DNA of 64,000 nucleotides, filler included, from Globobulimina sp. (Eukaryota): assembly GCA_003354225.1 (NCBI GenBank). It is 40 parts of 40 records of this genome, joined end to end, with 100 filler letters (N's around TTAATTAATTAA, not from the genome) between each part and the next. Parts side by side here need not be neighbours in the genome. Positions count along the whole stretch, not along the records: positions 24,046 to 25,548 come from PIVH01015653.1; positions 25,649 to 27,151 come from PIVH01015654.1; positions 27,252 to 28,754 come from PIVH01015655.1; positions 28,855 to 30,357 come from PIVH01015656.1; positions 30,458 to 31,960 come from PIVH01015657.1; positions 32,061 to 33,562 come from PIVH01015658.1; positions 33,663 to 35,164 come from PIVH01015659.1; positions 35,265 to 36,766 come from PIVH01015660.1; 32 more parts are not named here. The stretch is one strand, 5' to 3'. Below the pieces are notes generated by a model, which saw only the letters and a list, made by a program, of their open reading frames with translations, was not told where the DNA came from and did no database searches. Shown here in pieces: positions 24,653 to 37,046 of the stretch. Numbering within the stretch: position 1 is the stretch's first letter; every line of letters begins with the position of its first letter. The position numbers and the translations under genes are program-made.

Positions 24653-25548
24653 TTATGAGACATATTCAAGTAAATCGTCAACAGTTGACAACAAACTTTT
24701 TTTCTCATTCTTTAATATTTTACAGTGAAATCGTATATGATCTTCAATATATGTGGCGATGTGATCATAACCATGGCCATAACCATCATTATACCTCACC
24801 TTAATTTTAATATCATTCTCTTTACAAACTTGTTCAAATTGAGCTATTCTTAGTTGATTATGATTATCATCGCCATGTTGCAAAGCAAAATCATTCGTTC
24901 CTTGATCAATCATAATTATTTCACTCATACTTTTCTTTTCCTTTTCCGATAAATTTCGAATCAATTCCAATGAATCATATTTAAGCCATTCTTCAGAATT
25001 AAAATTCTCTTCTTTTGCTCCTAAATAACCACTAAATGCTTTATGTCCCCATTTACATAAAATTGGATTACAAATTGGTGCAAATGCACTGCACGACTTA
25101 TACGCAAATATATTTCGTAAATAAATCATTAAAGCACCATGACCGCCCATTGAATGTCCCATAATTGATACTGAGCCAAAATCAAATATATTTGCAAATC
25201 GATCAATCGACGCCAATGTTGATGGCAATTCCTTTACAATGTAATCATAATTATTATAATAACTGGACCATGGTTTTTGTGTCGCATTTACATAAAAACC
25301 AGCACCTTTTCCAAAATCCCTGTGTGTTAATTATTTGTTATGGTATCTGAGTGCAAGGATTATTATAAATTACATTATGCATCAAAACAAACCAATGATT
25401 GGAATCTCCATCAATATCAATGCCACGCGGTGAGGTATCAGGACATATTAAAGCAATGCCACATTTTGATGCATATTGTGGTGCGCCCGATTTCGTAATG
25501 AAGTTATCTTCGGTACAAGTTAAGCCAGATAAAAAATATAAAATTGGT
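24653..25548 (-). CDS. ESD: S-formylglutathione hydrolase (esterase D); intron 25320-25392; 5'-truncated
   Basis: [38 protein letters not shown] across the intron, [40 protein letters not shown]. Confidence 0.93.
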
Positions 25549-25648
25549 NNNNNNNNNNNNNNNNNNNNNNNNNNNNNNNNNNNNNNNNNNNNTTAATTAA
25601 TTAANNNNNNNNNNNNNNNNNNNNNNNNNNNNNNNNNNNNNNNNNNNN

Positions 25649-26842
25649 TGTTTTACTTTTACAACATTCGCAGGTGAATCTATCAAGTGATTCCATTAAA
25701 TCAAAACTATTCTTCTTTTTATTTTTATTTTTCCGATTATATTTATCTAATTTCCGTTGATAATATTTACGTTCTTTTTTACCTTTTGAGCAATAACAAA
25801 ACTGTTTATATTCTATATCCTGTTTCATATCAACATCATCGTCAATATTAATATTAACATTACTGTCAATATCCATCTTTATTTTATCACCTTTTTCTTT
25901 AACTTGAGTTTGTGTCATGTTTTGAAAATATTCCACAATATCTATGCTTTCAAACAAAACATGACATTCATTAAAATACTTTTTATTTGATAATTGATTA
26001 ATAAATGCATTCGTATAGTGCTGGAATGCAAATGTTGACGGTTCCAACCCGTAGACCACCTACAATGCAAAATAAATATTAAAGCATATACATTATAACA
26101 TATTTGAACATAACTTTTGGTTGAAATGTTTTAACAAAGCCATCCAACATATTGCCTTTACCAAATCCAAAGTCAGCAATATTTGCGATGCTCTTAAGTA
26201 TTCGCTGTTTTTTCATAAAATAATAACAATACTCGGCATGTTCAATTCCATTATCCTCGCCATCCATATATTTTTTCCACTCCTTCGGGTAAAGGTGTGT
26301 CCAATAATTGTGTGGGAATCCTTTTCTTCCTAAATTTTGATTTTTTTTATTAAATCTTCGAAAACTGTCAACCAATTTAAATGCTTCTTGACTTAATCCC
26401 GATGAATAAATCCATTCATCATATTGTTTCGGCCATTGTTTCCATCGGATTTTAAATTGTATGTCTTCATCGTCGGATTCCTGTTTTTCATCCAATATGC
26501 ATTCAATGTCAAACGTTACGACAAATCTCAATTTCTTTGATGCTTTGCTTGCTGTTTTGGATGCAAACGCCATAATATATTCATGCCATTCTGTAATTAA
26601 TTCCTTACTACAAAATTGTTTCATTGGTAGTGCTGCATCGACGGATAATATTTGTTCCATTGATTCCCATTTTTTTTTGCTTCGTTTGGTTCTTTTCACC
26701 GAATATTGATCAATAAATGGAGATGAACTATTTGGATTCTTACGATGTTTGTATATACCGCAAATCTGGTTAATTCATTTGGAATTTGTCATTGATTATT
26801 GAATTAAAATAGACTCAACGTAACTTGCCCATATTCTTCCAT
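25649..26842 (-). CDS. Tandem chromodomain - class I SAM methyltransferase fusion; introns 26766-26824 and 26060-26114; 3'-truncated
   Basis: Spliced MEEYGQICGIYKHRK...QYSVK...KWESMEQI (chromo-like 1); FDIECILDEK...FKIRWKQWPKQYDEW (chromo 2); IADFGFGKGNML (motif I) and VYGLEPS (post-I). Confidence 0.7.
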
Positions 26843-27252
26843 TGATTGTAATATGTCTTTGTATCAATGTGCGTTGAAGTAAACAATAAAATAATTTATT
26901 TGTACGTATACTTTGCTGAGGCAGAAGCAGTTCAAAAAAGAGCCATTGGCTAAATTTAAGAAACTGCAAGTTTTTATATTATTTTCTTGTCAACGGTGGA
27001 CATCACATCAATAAAACCAACACATTGTGAATTAAATTTGTGAATTAAATGTGAACGTTTCTGGTTTGTCAGATCGTGAACACGGTGTACAAACTTATGA
27101 AAATATTGCAACCAAAATGAAATTTTATTATTTTCAATAAATTCTAGAATTNNNNNNNNNNNNNNNNNNNNNNNNNNNNNNNNNNNNNNNNNNNNTTAAT
27201 TAATTAANNNNNNNNNNNNNNNNNNNNNNNNNNNNNNNNNNNNNNNNNNNNC

Positions 27253-28754
27253 AATAAATCAAAAACTAAATCAAATTCGCCTAAAACAGCAAATAAAAAA
27301 AAACACACAGCACAAACACCCAAACCGCGTACGCCTAAATCTGCAAAAAAAATAAATTCATCAAAACCACCACCACCGCCAACTGTAAACAAAAACGTTT
27401 TAAATCAACCAAAACCCCCCAAAAAACAAAAAAAACCACCACCACCAAACAAAATAAATAGCGTTCCTGCACCACCCAAAAAAACACAGTCAGAAAACGC
27501 AAAAACACCAAACCACCCAAAGCTTCCCGATTCAGTCAATAAAAAACCAAATCCACCACAATCTCCAAAAAGACCAAAAAAAACACCACCACCAAACAAA
27601 AGAAATAGCCTTCCCGCACCACCTAAAAAAACACAGTCAGAAGACTCAAAAACAGCAGACCCAAAGCTTTCAAATTCAGTGTGGGCGCCACCAAAACGCG
27701 TATTTTTCAAATCAATCAGTGTCACTACATCCGAACCCCCGCTATTTAGGCAAAATGCTTTGGCGCAAAGCAAATCTAAATCTGTCCCCACCGATCATCG
27801 CAAAAGTTTGTCAACATCAGCTGTAAAACTGCCGCATCCTCCACCGAGATCACAGAGATGCAACAAACCGAGCACAGCAACAAAGTTTATACCTTCTACG
27901 GATGAAAAGGAATCCGCTCAGTTTATACCGTCTGGCGCTGGCAATGCAAAACCGTTTATGTGTCGAGTAAACTATGAATGTAAAACTCAAAAAGGCAAAC
28001 AAGAAATATACGACGCATTGAAATTATTAGCACCAAATCCTGGCACCATTACGTATCATTTTACTGCTCCAAATGCTGTCAAATATCCATTGAAATTGGA
28101 ATTTATTGAATTGTATTATGACGAAAACGCATATTTCAAACAGTTGTATTATTATACAAAAGCACCGCAATTTGAAAAGGCATATTTCAAACACGTCAAA
28201 TCAAAAACGGTTCTGACGATTGGTGAGCATTTAAGCGATAAAATTAGAAAGATAATTGGCATTAAATTTAAATCACGTTTTGGACAAAGCGAAGCTGGAT
28301 ATTTATTTCATGAAAATTATTTAAAATCGTTGGATTATACGGATGCTACAAAGCTAATGTTCAAATTTCATGTCATTGTGCCTGGGAAGGAAGAAAATGT
28401 TGCATTGTATTTTAGTATAATGGATCGATTGGGAGTATATGCAAAGGAATCGTATGCATTGATGTTTAATTGTCATCGATTGGATGTTGAAGTGTATCCA
28501 AATTATTTGGAATTGATATCAATTTGGCCAAATATTGAATGTTTATTGGAGTTTTTGCAAAAGGATAAAGTGCAAATTATAATGATGGAATTTAAACAGT
28601 TAATGATTAAACAAACTGATAAAGTTAATCGGAAAAATCATGTTTTGTGTGAATTGTATGCTGAAAATGAAATTAAATGCGAGGTGATGCAAATGATTCA
28701 CATGGTTTTTGATGACATTGGTTATACGCAACAACTTAAAACTGATGCTGGTTA
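27253..28754 (+). CDS. Pro/Lys-rich repeat protein with unknown globular C-terminal region; truncated
   Basis: Internal duplication at about 27419-27537 and 27565-27680; long ORF 27679 onward. Confidence 0.55.
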
Positions 28755-28891
28755 NNNNNNNNNNNNNNNNNNNNNNNNNNNNNNNNNNNNNNNNNNNNTT
28801 AATTAATTAANNNNNNNNNNNNNNNNNNNNNNNNNNNNNNNNNNNNNNNNNNNNAATAAAACAGCATTCAGTTTTATAGGCGTTTTTATAG

Positions 28892-30357
28892 AATTGAAAT
28901 TATTACCCAATCTTCTTTATGATTATAACCTTGCTTTGCTTTAAAATCAATTTGTATCTTTGCTTTATTCCATGTTTCCATATTCAACGAACAAAATAGA
29001 AACTTCAAGCCACCATAATCTGCATAGGAATCACAGACAATATCTTTAATTATCACTCTTTTAAATGATTGAGGCAATAAAGTGACGACATTTCGCAAAT
29101 CGCGGGATTGGGTTAATTATAAGAAATTGATCATGCAATATGACTTAATCGAGTCTCCCTTTCTTGATTCTGATACAAATAAAAATAGAAATACAAATGT
29201 ATCCAATGATAATGCGGCGGAGAATGGCAACGAGGATGAGGAGGTAGCTGAGATTGACAAACAAATCACTTTAGACGCAGCGTTTGACCTCTCTCAGCAT
29301 CAAGACTTTGATGTTACTGGTTCGCACTCACAACGTTCCAACAAAACCCTTCTCGATATCTCTGAAGACAGTGATGCAGCGGATACCAAAGAATCCGACA
29401 AAAAGGAACGAGATGACGTTACTCCAGGTTCTCCCAATGCAAATCCTGCAAATCCTGCCAAACCGACAAATCCTGCAAATCCAACAACGCGCCGACAGCA
29501 ACGCAAACAGTCAGACAGTATACAAACAATTCGTACCATACAAACCCAAGGAACCATCCAAACCCAAGAAACTAACACAAATACTAACCAACAACACCCT
29601 TTTTACACTACAGATAAATCCCAATTTATTATCAATGAATCTCCAGTACGTCCTCCGATGGAATTTAATGTCGACCCATTTGCCGAATACGCACCGACAC
29701 AACAAATTGAGTCATTCGATCCGGAGCTGACGGTCAACAAATATTTATTCAAAAATGTGGTATACTCTATTTTATCCAATAAGAAATATGTCTTTTTTAA
29801 GAACGAAAAAGTCCGCAATGACGCCATGAAAGTATTGAATTTCTTGCATTCCCGTCAGAAACTGTTGAATGCGCTGAATCCTACCGCCAATTTGATAAAT
29901 TTATATGTATCCGCCCGCAAATTCTTTACCAATTTGTTAACGAATATGGACGAAATGGTAAATGCGGGTAAAACCGTACACGAAACGTTGCGATTTGCCT
30001 CCACAAACTTTCTTAACATTCGAGGCACCATTAAAAGTTTGAGCCGTTACACGCGGGCAAATGGGGATTGATGAAATAGAATTCTTTATATTAAACTCTA
30101 TTTCCTCTGTTTCAATTAATATTATTTTATAATATTATATTGTTTTCCCGTTTGTTAAAACTGCTGTAATTGACCCAATTTAAATTAAATTAAACTAATA
30201 TTATCTTTCCGTATCTCTTGCACCTTTTGTTAGTTAAATTATAATTGAAATTATTACCCAATCTTCTTTATGATTATAACCTTGCTTTGCTTTAAAATCA
30301 ATTTGTATCTTTGCTTTATTCCATATTTCCATATTCAACGAACAAAATAGAAACTTC
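28892..30357. repeat. 115-nt direct repeat at both contig ends (28892-29006 and 30243-30357), 1 mismatch
   Basis: Compared directly; offset 1351 nt; single G/A difference at 28974/30325. Confidence 0.9.
29082..30071 (+). CDS. Hypothetical protein with acidic/NPA low-complexity region and helical C-terminus
   Basis: 329-aa intronless ORF between the direct repeats. Confidence 0.55.
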   Translation: MTTFRKSRDWVNYKKLIMQYDLIESPFLDSDTNKNRNTNVSNDNAAENGNEDEEVAEIDKQITLDAAFDLSQHQDFDVTGSHSQRSNKTLLDISEDSDAADTKESDKKERDDVTPGSPNANPANPAKPTNPANPTTRRQQRKQSDSIQTIRTIQTQGTIQTQETNTNTNQQHPFYTTDKSQFIINESPVRPPMEFNVDPFAEYAPTQQIESFDPELTVNKYLFKNVVYSILSNKKYVFFKNEKVRNDAMKVLNFLHSRQKLLNALNPTANLINLYVSARKFFTNLLTNMDEMVNAGKTVHETLRFASTNFLNIRGTIKSLSRYTRANGD

Positions 30358-30563
30358 NNNNNNNNNNNNNNNNNNNNNNNNNNNNNNNNNNNNNNNNNNN
30401 NTTAATTAATTAANNNNNNNNNNNNNNNNNNNNNNNNNNNNNNNNNNNNNNNNNNNNTCTGTGTCGTAATATTCATCAAACACAAAACCGAACAGGTATA
30501 ATATATATATGTATACACTGAAAACCTATAACAAACCTAAAAAATACCGGTTTCAAGAGATTT

Positions 30564-31849
30564 CAAGAAGCCTTAAAAGATATTAAATCGCAGCAAAATG
30601 CGAAAAAAAGCGAAGAAATAACAGACATGGACGGTGCTGTAATATCCATCGAGCCGATAAATACAAATATCCCTTCACATTTAATGAGCATTGACCATGG
30701 TTTAAACACAGTGAATGTATTAAGTGATGATGACGGCAATGATCCCATCAAACTGTCACGAAACAAATTAGCATTGGCTTTCATGCCTGAAATGAACAAG
30801 CAACAAATGGGTGATTTAGCGAAACATATTGATACTAAATCTCACAAAAGTATGCAAAGTTTGAGTGCCAAAGAAAGCATTCGTATGAATAAACATACAA
30901 ATTACAACAGAAATAACTCAAAATCGATGCATATCATTATGCCAAATAGGAAAAAAAGGAAAAAAAAAAGAAAAACAGAAACAAACATCCAAAAAAAGAA
31001 AGGCACTCTGTTACGGTTAACCCGCTCGCACGGCAACAATACGCAAAACGCAAAAGTATGCCAAATAATAAACGCTCGCAAAGTAAACCCAATTTACGGG
31101 GAAAACACAAGCGTAATAAATATAAATATAACAGGGCCAAATTGCAAGCAACGCACTCTGATCACATACGTGGGTCACAAGTAAATATTGCACATAATGT
31201 CGCATTGTCGTTACACAGTCGTTCAATGCATAATTTATCGCGGATTCCCATGGAAAATGCGCAAAGTTTAAGTACGCAGTCGTTGCATGTGCGTAAAATT
31301 AAAGTGCCGCAACCAAATGCACATATTCATCCATATCAACCCAATGCTATTACATATGAATGGGACTCCGAACCGTCCAAATCCTCATCGCATGGCATTA
31401 TCGGTGGTGTCTCCACTACGAAAGATGCACCGTTACCAATACTAGATGATAGGTCCAATTCTGATGCGCATAGTGTTGAGATTAATAAATATTCCTCAAT
31501 ATCTACAGTGGAGGACGAGAATGCGCAGAATAAAAATGTGAATGTGTATAAAGTTATGCAGTCTGACGAAGAGAGGGTTACTTTGACACAGAAAATACCA
31601 CCCAATGGTCAGCAAATCGCCATACCGCCACCACCGCCACCACCGCCACCACCGCAGCTAATTTCCATACATATAAATCCGATGAATTCTATAAGTCCGA
31701 TACAGCGGGTAAAAGGAGATGAGAATCATGAAATGTATGAAAATGGAGCAAATAATAATGAACGTTATGATAATAAACAAGATAACGATGCTTTGTCGGT
31801 AATTGCTGTCCACACAAATGTATCGTTGCCCTATGAACCAAATGTTTGA
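30564..31849 (+). CDS. Low-complexity protein with polyproline tract; apparent frameshift in poly-A at about 30951-30969
   Basis: ORFs 30627 and 31058 join if one indel is corrected in the A-run; the downstream frame is open back to that run. Confidence 0.5.
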
Positions 31850-31922
31850 AAAATTGAAAATATATTTTTTATTTTTATTATATTTATAATTTTAATCTTT
31901 TTTTTTTATGTTTTAATTTCCT

Positions 31923-31953
<31 letters not shown>

Positions 31954-32061
31954 CTTTTTTNNNNNNNNNNNNNNNNNNNNNNNNNNNNNNNNNNNNNNNN
32001 NNNNTTAATTAATTAANNNNNNNNNNNNNNNNNNNNNNNNNNNNNNNNNNNNNNNNNNNNA

Positions 32062-33426
32062 TTTAAGCGCTGCGAACACGGCCAAACAGAATGTTTGAAT
32101 ATTCCAATTGGTACACAAGAATACGTAATAAATTACATGCTGCCAAAGATTGAATCTATTCATAAATCATTATTACGCGTCACAACTTTCGATAACACCC
32201 AACTCGGACACAAAATATTTAAGGACTATGTATGTGTATCACAAATTATTTATTGGTTACGACGTTTAGCACCAAAACAATCGATATTCATCGCAAGAAA
32301 ATTCGACAATATGTTGAGAGAACAAGTCAATAATTTGTGCGGTTTCAATTTGACACAACTACAATGGTTACAATGCACGCTCTCAATCAACAAATCAGGA
32401 TTAGGTATACGGACAGCGACTGATAAATTATATGCGATTTATTTGCCTGCATTGATGTCAGCACTGAAAATCATTGATCGCTTGGCAGATCCTGACGTCA
32501 TCCAATTATTCGATAAAGAAATCAAACTCCGAATCGATCGATGTATTTCTAACTACAATGCATCAGTGTCAGATCGACACAAAATTAGCGAATTTGACAT
32601 TAACATCCATACAACAAAGTGGATGACAAAGAACATTCAAAATAAACAATTTAACACATTAATCCATTGTAAAACAGATAAGAATAAAGCCGCATTATTT
32701 GCACAGCGGAATAAAAACTCTGGCTCTTTTTTTAATATTGCAATGCGCAGCGGATATGGACAAATATACACAAATACAGAATATAGAATTATTATCAAAA
32801 AACGTTTACGCGTCGAGATGATTGCTGCCGGTGAACAATGTCTGTGTTGTTTTGAAACATTGGACTTATTCGGCGACCATGCAGCAGTGTGTAAATTTGG
32901 CAAAGGCATTATTTTTAGGCATGACATTGTGGTTAAAGCAGTATCTACGTTATTAAACCAGGCAAAAATCAAACATTCCATCGAACTCCGCCATCTTTTC
33001 GACGACAAACAATTAAAACCGGCAGATATTTTTATTAAGAATTGGGGCACAAAAGGGGAAGAATATGCATTTGACATTGGTATCGTTTCAGTCTGCGCGG
33101 ATAGTAATTATTCAGCAGCAAGTAAGCATTTATTAGCGTCAGCAAACAAATTTTATAATCATAAAGTGAATAAATACAAACAATATGTCGATGACAACAA
33201 AATCAATGTACGTCAATTAGTGTACGTACCCATAATCATCGAAGATTATGGCGGCCTCCATCGCGAAGCTGTGAAATTAATTAAGCAAATTACAAATCGC
33301 CGAGCATCAAATATGAATCTCGACGTTCCTGAATCCATCGGATATTGCTTTCAATATATCAGTTCATGTCTGATGAAAGCGAATGCGATCGCCATTTTAA
33401 ACCATTACAACATCTATTACACATAA
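32062..33426 (+). mobile_element. CRE-like non-LTR retrotransposon: RT C-terminus, CCHC knuckle and restriction-like endonuclease
   Basis: QCTLSINKSGLGIR, CLCC...DLFGDHAAVC, RHDIV, KPADIFI, FDIGIV, KVNKY, YVPIIIEDYGGL. Confidence 0.88.
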
Positions 33427-33662
33427 ACCAATTAAATTAATCCTATTTTCTGACACAATGACTAGAACTAACTGTTCTTGCCACAATCTGATACTTTTTG
33501 ATTGTTTGGCTAAATTTCTTTTTGTTTTTATTTTGTCACAATTTATCCATTTTTAATGTCTANNNNNNNNNNNNNNNNNNNNNNNNNNNNNNNNNNNNNN
33601 NNNNNNTTAATTAATTAANNNNNNNNNNNNNNNNNNNNNNNNNNNNNNNNNNNNNNNNNNNN

Positions 33663-33727
33663 ATTTAGAATTAAGAAATCTCTTATAAACCCTAGATTGA
33701 ATCACTTCGTTAGATTCCTCTAGGGGA
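33663..33727 (+). repeat. 65-nt hairpin-forming dispersed repeat, copy A, upstream of the LINE ORF
   Basis: 64/65 identical to 51774-51838; stems CCCTAGA/TCTAGGG and GAATC/GATTC. Confidence 0.85.
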
Positions 33728-33898
33728 TAAAAACACAATACTCTACTTTAACCGAACTAGTTTTTGTTTTTAATTTCCTCACAATTTTACAGTCTATTTT
33801 ATTAATTCAATTACAATTCTGTTTATATTTTGGCAAAAAAACGTACAAAAAACTTACAAAAAACTACTTAAGAATTCACAAAACAAAAACTATACAAA

Positions 33899-35164
33899 AT
33901 GGTTAAATATAATATATTGCAATATAACATAAATGGAATGATAAATCCAACAAAAATGTCACAATCAGAAAAATGTAATAAAATTTATCAAATAATGCTG
34001 TCAAAACAAATTGATTTTGTTTTACTCCAAGAATGGAGTGCAACATTGAGATATGCCGTAACTCCGAAAAATCCGAAATATATTGACAACAATAACAAAT
34101 CCCATACCATAGAATTCCCAATAAACCTATTCCCAAAATATAAAGTACATTTCACTGGCACAGAAACAGCAATTCTGTACAGAGAAACTCTCCTAATTAC
34201 TCCTCTAAATTCCCCTATAAATTATAATCGAAATAACCGCACAAGAAACTGCCACATAACAAGTGTGATCCTCCACTGTGGCAACCAAGATATAGGCGTC
34301 CATTCCTTGTATAATTGCCCTAGAAACCCCAATATTGACCAACTCTTTGATTATCCATTAAATGTTGATAAAAATATAATTGCGGGGGATTTCAATGTCC
34401 CGAATGTGATCTGGGGCAGTAATCGCTCAACAACTGAGTCAAATGACTTTGTTGATGGCTTAAACCACCTTGAAATGCAAATATTAAATCTAAATAATCC
34501 ATCATATACTCATATCCATAAATCCTACGGAACGAAATCCTCCATTGATTTAACATTAATTTCCAATAATTTGAAGCATACAAAGTGGAGTATCCTTCAC
34601 TCCCTATTTGACCCAAACTGCTCCGATCACATTCCCATTATTACAACCTTTGAAGTAGAGAACGTTTTTGGTTTTAGTGAAACAAAGAAAACCTGGAACC
34701 TCTCAAACCAGAAAAAGTGGAATAAATATACAGAAACGTTAGAAACAAACATAAATGAAACAACTTTTGACCCAGCACCAAATATTTATACTGAACAATT
34801 AACATATCTTATTTTGTACACTGCTGAACAATCAATTGGATATAAACACTATTACAGAGGTCATAAACCATGGTGGAATAATAAAATTAAGAAACTAAAG
34901 AAAAAATGTAAACGATTAAGACGTAGAATCCAAAGAATAAAAAGGAATGCAAAACGACTACAAACAGATTTCCATTTGTTCCCAAAATATATCCGATTGA
35001 AAGAAAAGTTAAACAAACTCCAATCCAAGAAATGTAAATCTATAATAACAGCGAAAAACGATTATAATGTCCGATTAAATAAATACATACAAACGTGCAA
35101 GGACTATGGCAGACGTTTTTGGCGTACAATATCATGCAATAAATCAAATGATATCAGTACCAAT
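33899..35164 (+). mobile_element. LINE-type non-LTR retrotransposon ORF with APE-like endonuclease; RT region lies beyond the contig end
   Basis: ILQYNING, LLQEW, LYNCP, IIAGDFN....WGS, SSIDLTL, SDHIPI, then WN..., KPWWN and FWR linker motifs. Confidence 0.9.
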
Positions 35165-35587
35165 NNNNNNNNNNNNNNNNNNNNNNNNNNNNNNNNNNNN
35201 NNNNNNNNTTAATTAATTAANNNNNNNNNNNNNNNNNNNNNNNNNNNNNNNNNNNNNNNNNNNNTCATATGAATTTAATACTTAATTGGGTTAAATTCAT
35301 TAATGGAAAACCGATTCAAAGTTGGCAGACTAAAGCGTAAGTGCCATGTAATTAACTTTGAAAGTATTAGCACTCAGAAAAAAGTTAGTTAGCACTAGTC
35401 TAATATGTAGAAATTGGTAAAACAAAAATAAAGGAATATGGATGAAAGAATATAGATAGATGGAATAATAAGCAATGTAATGAAAAATAAATGTAAATAT
35501 AATATGGATTCAAGAGAGAGATTATAAGTCACACAATCAAAAGGATTACAAATACAATAATACACAAAAATAATTTAAACATAATAA

Positions 35588-36762
35588 TCAATTAAGAATG
35601 TGGAAAAAATGAAAATATATTCGACCAAAATCGGAGTTTTGGGATAAAGGAACTAATGGTTGTTGGTCGGAAGAGAGCTGATGCTGTGATTGTGCAATAT
35701 CAGATGAATGCAATCGTGGGGCATCACTGGTAACGTCGCCATCACCCAATATATTGTCGCGAAATTGGGCAAAGGCATTGTGTAGTTGAAGGGATGTGTT
35801 ATGTTGTAATGTGATGGAACTCGTAGGAATAGATAGGGGCTCTAAACGAGTCAAACAGGACGGTGACAACGTGAGTGTCTGAATGATATTTACAGTGTTA
35901 ATGGTACCATCGGATAACAAGCGCCGTGGTATAGATAGCTTTGGGATTTGAATGGATGGTGGTCTGTTGGCGATTTGTTGGGAAACTGTTGGGTCCTCGG
36001 CAATAAAATCCAGATACAATACATTCACGCCCTTGGATGGTATAAATCGGAGTGAACGCGGCCTCTCATCCATATCATGAACTTTATTGACGTTATCACT
36101 GTGGATGGTAATGTCAAGCGGGCGTTGTTGTATGTCAATGGTTTGTGAGCTCGCAATGGGCGATAAATGATTTGATAAATTGACGTTCAGATTATCAGAG
36201 ATATTATCATCTGACATTTCATGTGGATCGCGTTTGTGGGTCTGAGGGATGGAAGGGTTGAATGCAGCAAATAATGAATCAGTAAGCTCGGAGTTATCAT
36301 GACAAAGAAATAAATCCATTAATACTTGTTTCTCCTTTGTCGATGGGGATAAAATCGCCGATAAATCATTTTTAAGTAACTGATTATTAATTATTTCGCG
36401 TAATTGGTGTTCATCAAAATGAGATAGATCATCATTGTGTAGTGTGTCAAGAATAATTTGATTCTTGTTTTCTAAATGGGTCAATTCCGCATGAAATGTA
36501 CCGATATCTCGTTGAGGGGATTGAGTAAAAGGATGTATATAATCGGAATGGCGCATTGGAAGGATCGATGGATGAGATCGATGGATGAATGGTGAGATTG
36601 AGGGATATCAATGGGTGGAGGGTCTAAAACAGGGATAGTTTTATCGTCGACCAATGTCTCTGTCAAAGTCGCAAACGATGCTTTGAACAGATCTGAAAAA
36701 ATAATTTGATTATCATCCAAATAGTGCCGTAAACGATTAATATTTCTGGTAAAGTTGAGCAA
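35588..36762 (-). CDS. Hypothetical low-complexity protein, two frameshifted ORFs
   Basis: Overlapping ORFs 36481-36762 and 35588-36556 with similar composition; no recognisable domain. Confidence 0.35.
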
Positions 36763-37046
36763 CGATNNNNNNNNNNNNNNNNNNNNNNNNNNNNNNNNNN
36801 NNNNNNNNNNTTAATTAATTAANNNNNNNNNNNNNNNNNNNNNNNNNNNNNNNNNNNNNNNNNNNNGCCAAACATTTAATTAATTATGAAAGTAATCAAC
36901 AAAGTTCGAACGATGAATATGAAGAAACGAATGTTTTCATCAATTCAAATAATACGAATAATTTTGATCTTTGGGAGGATAATTATAAACAATTATTTTT
37001 ATTAAATAATGGCAATTATGATGCATACAAATTAATTAATGAAATA

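Noticed and set aside
19829-26842. Clustering of DYW, esterase D and chromo-MTase genes as one system
   Set aside because: They lie on separate contigs joined by linkers, so adjacency is arbitrary
30940-30975. Programmed ribosomal frameshifting here and near 63395
   Set aside because: Both shifts fall in A-runs with no shared slippery-stop signal; sequencing or amplification indels are simpler
33690-33725. Hammerhead ribozyme in the shared hairpin
   Set aside because: No CUGANGA plus GAAA core in the right arrangement on either strand; the closest is CUAACGA
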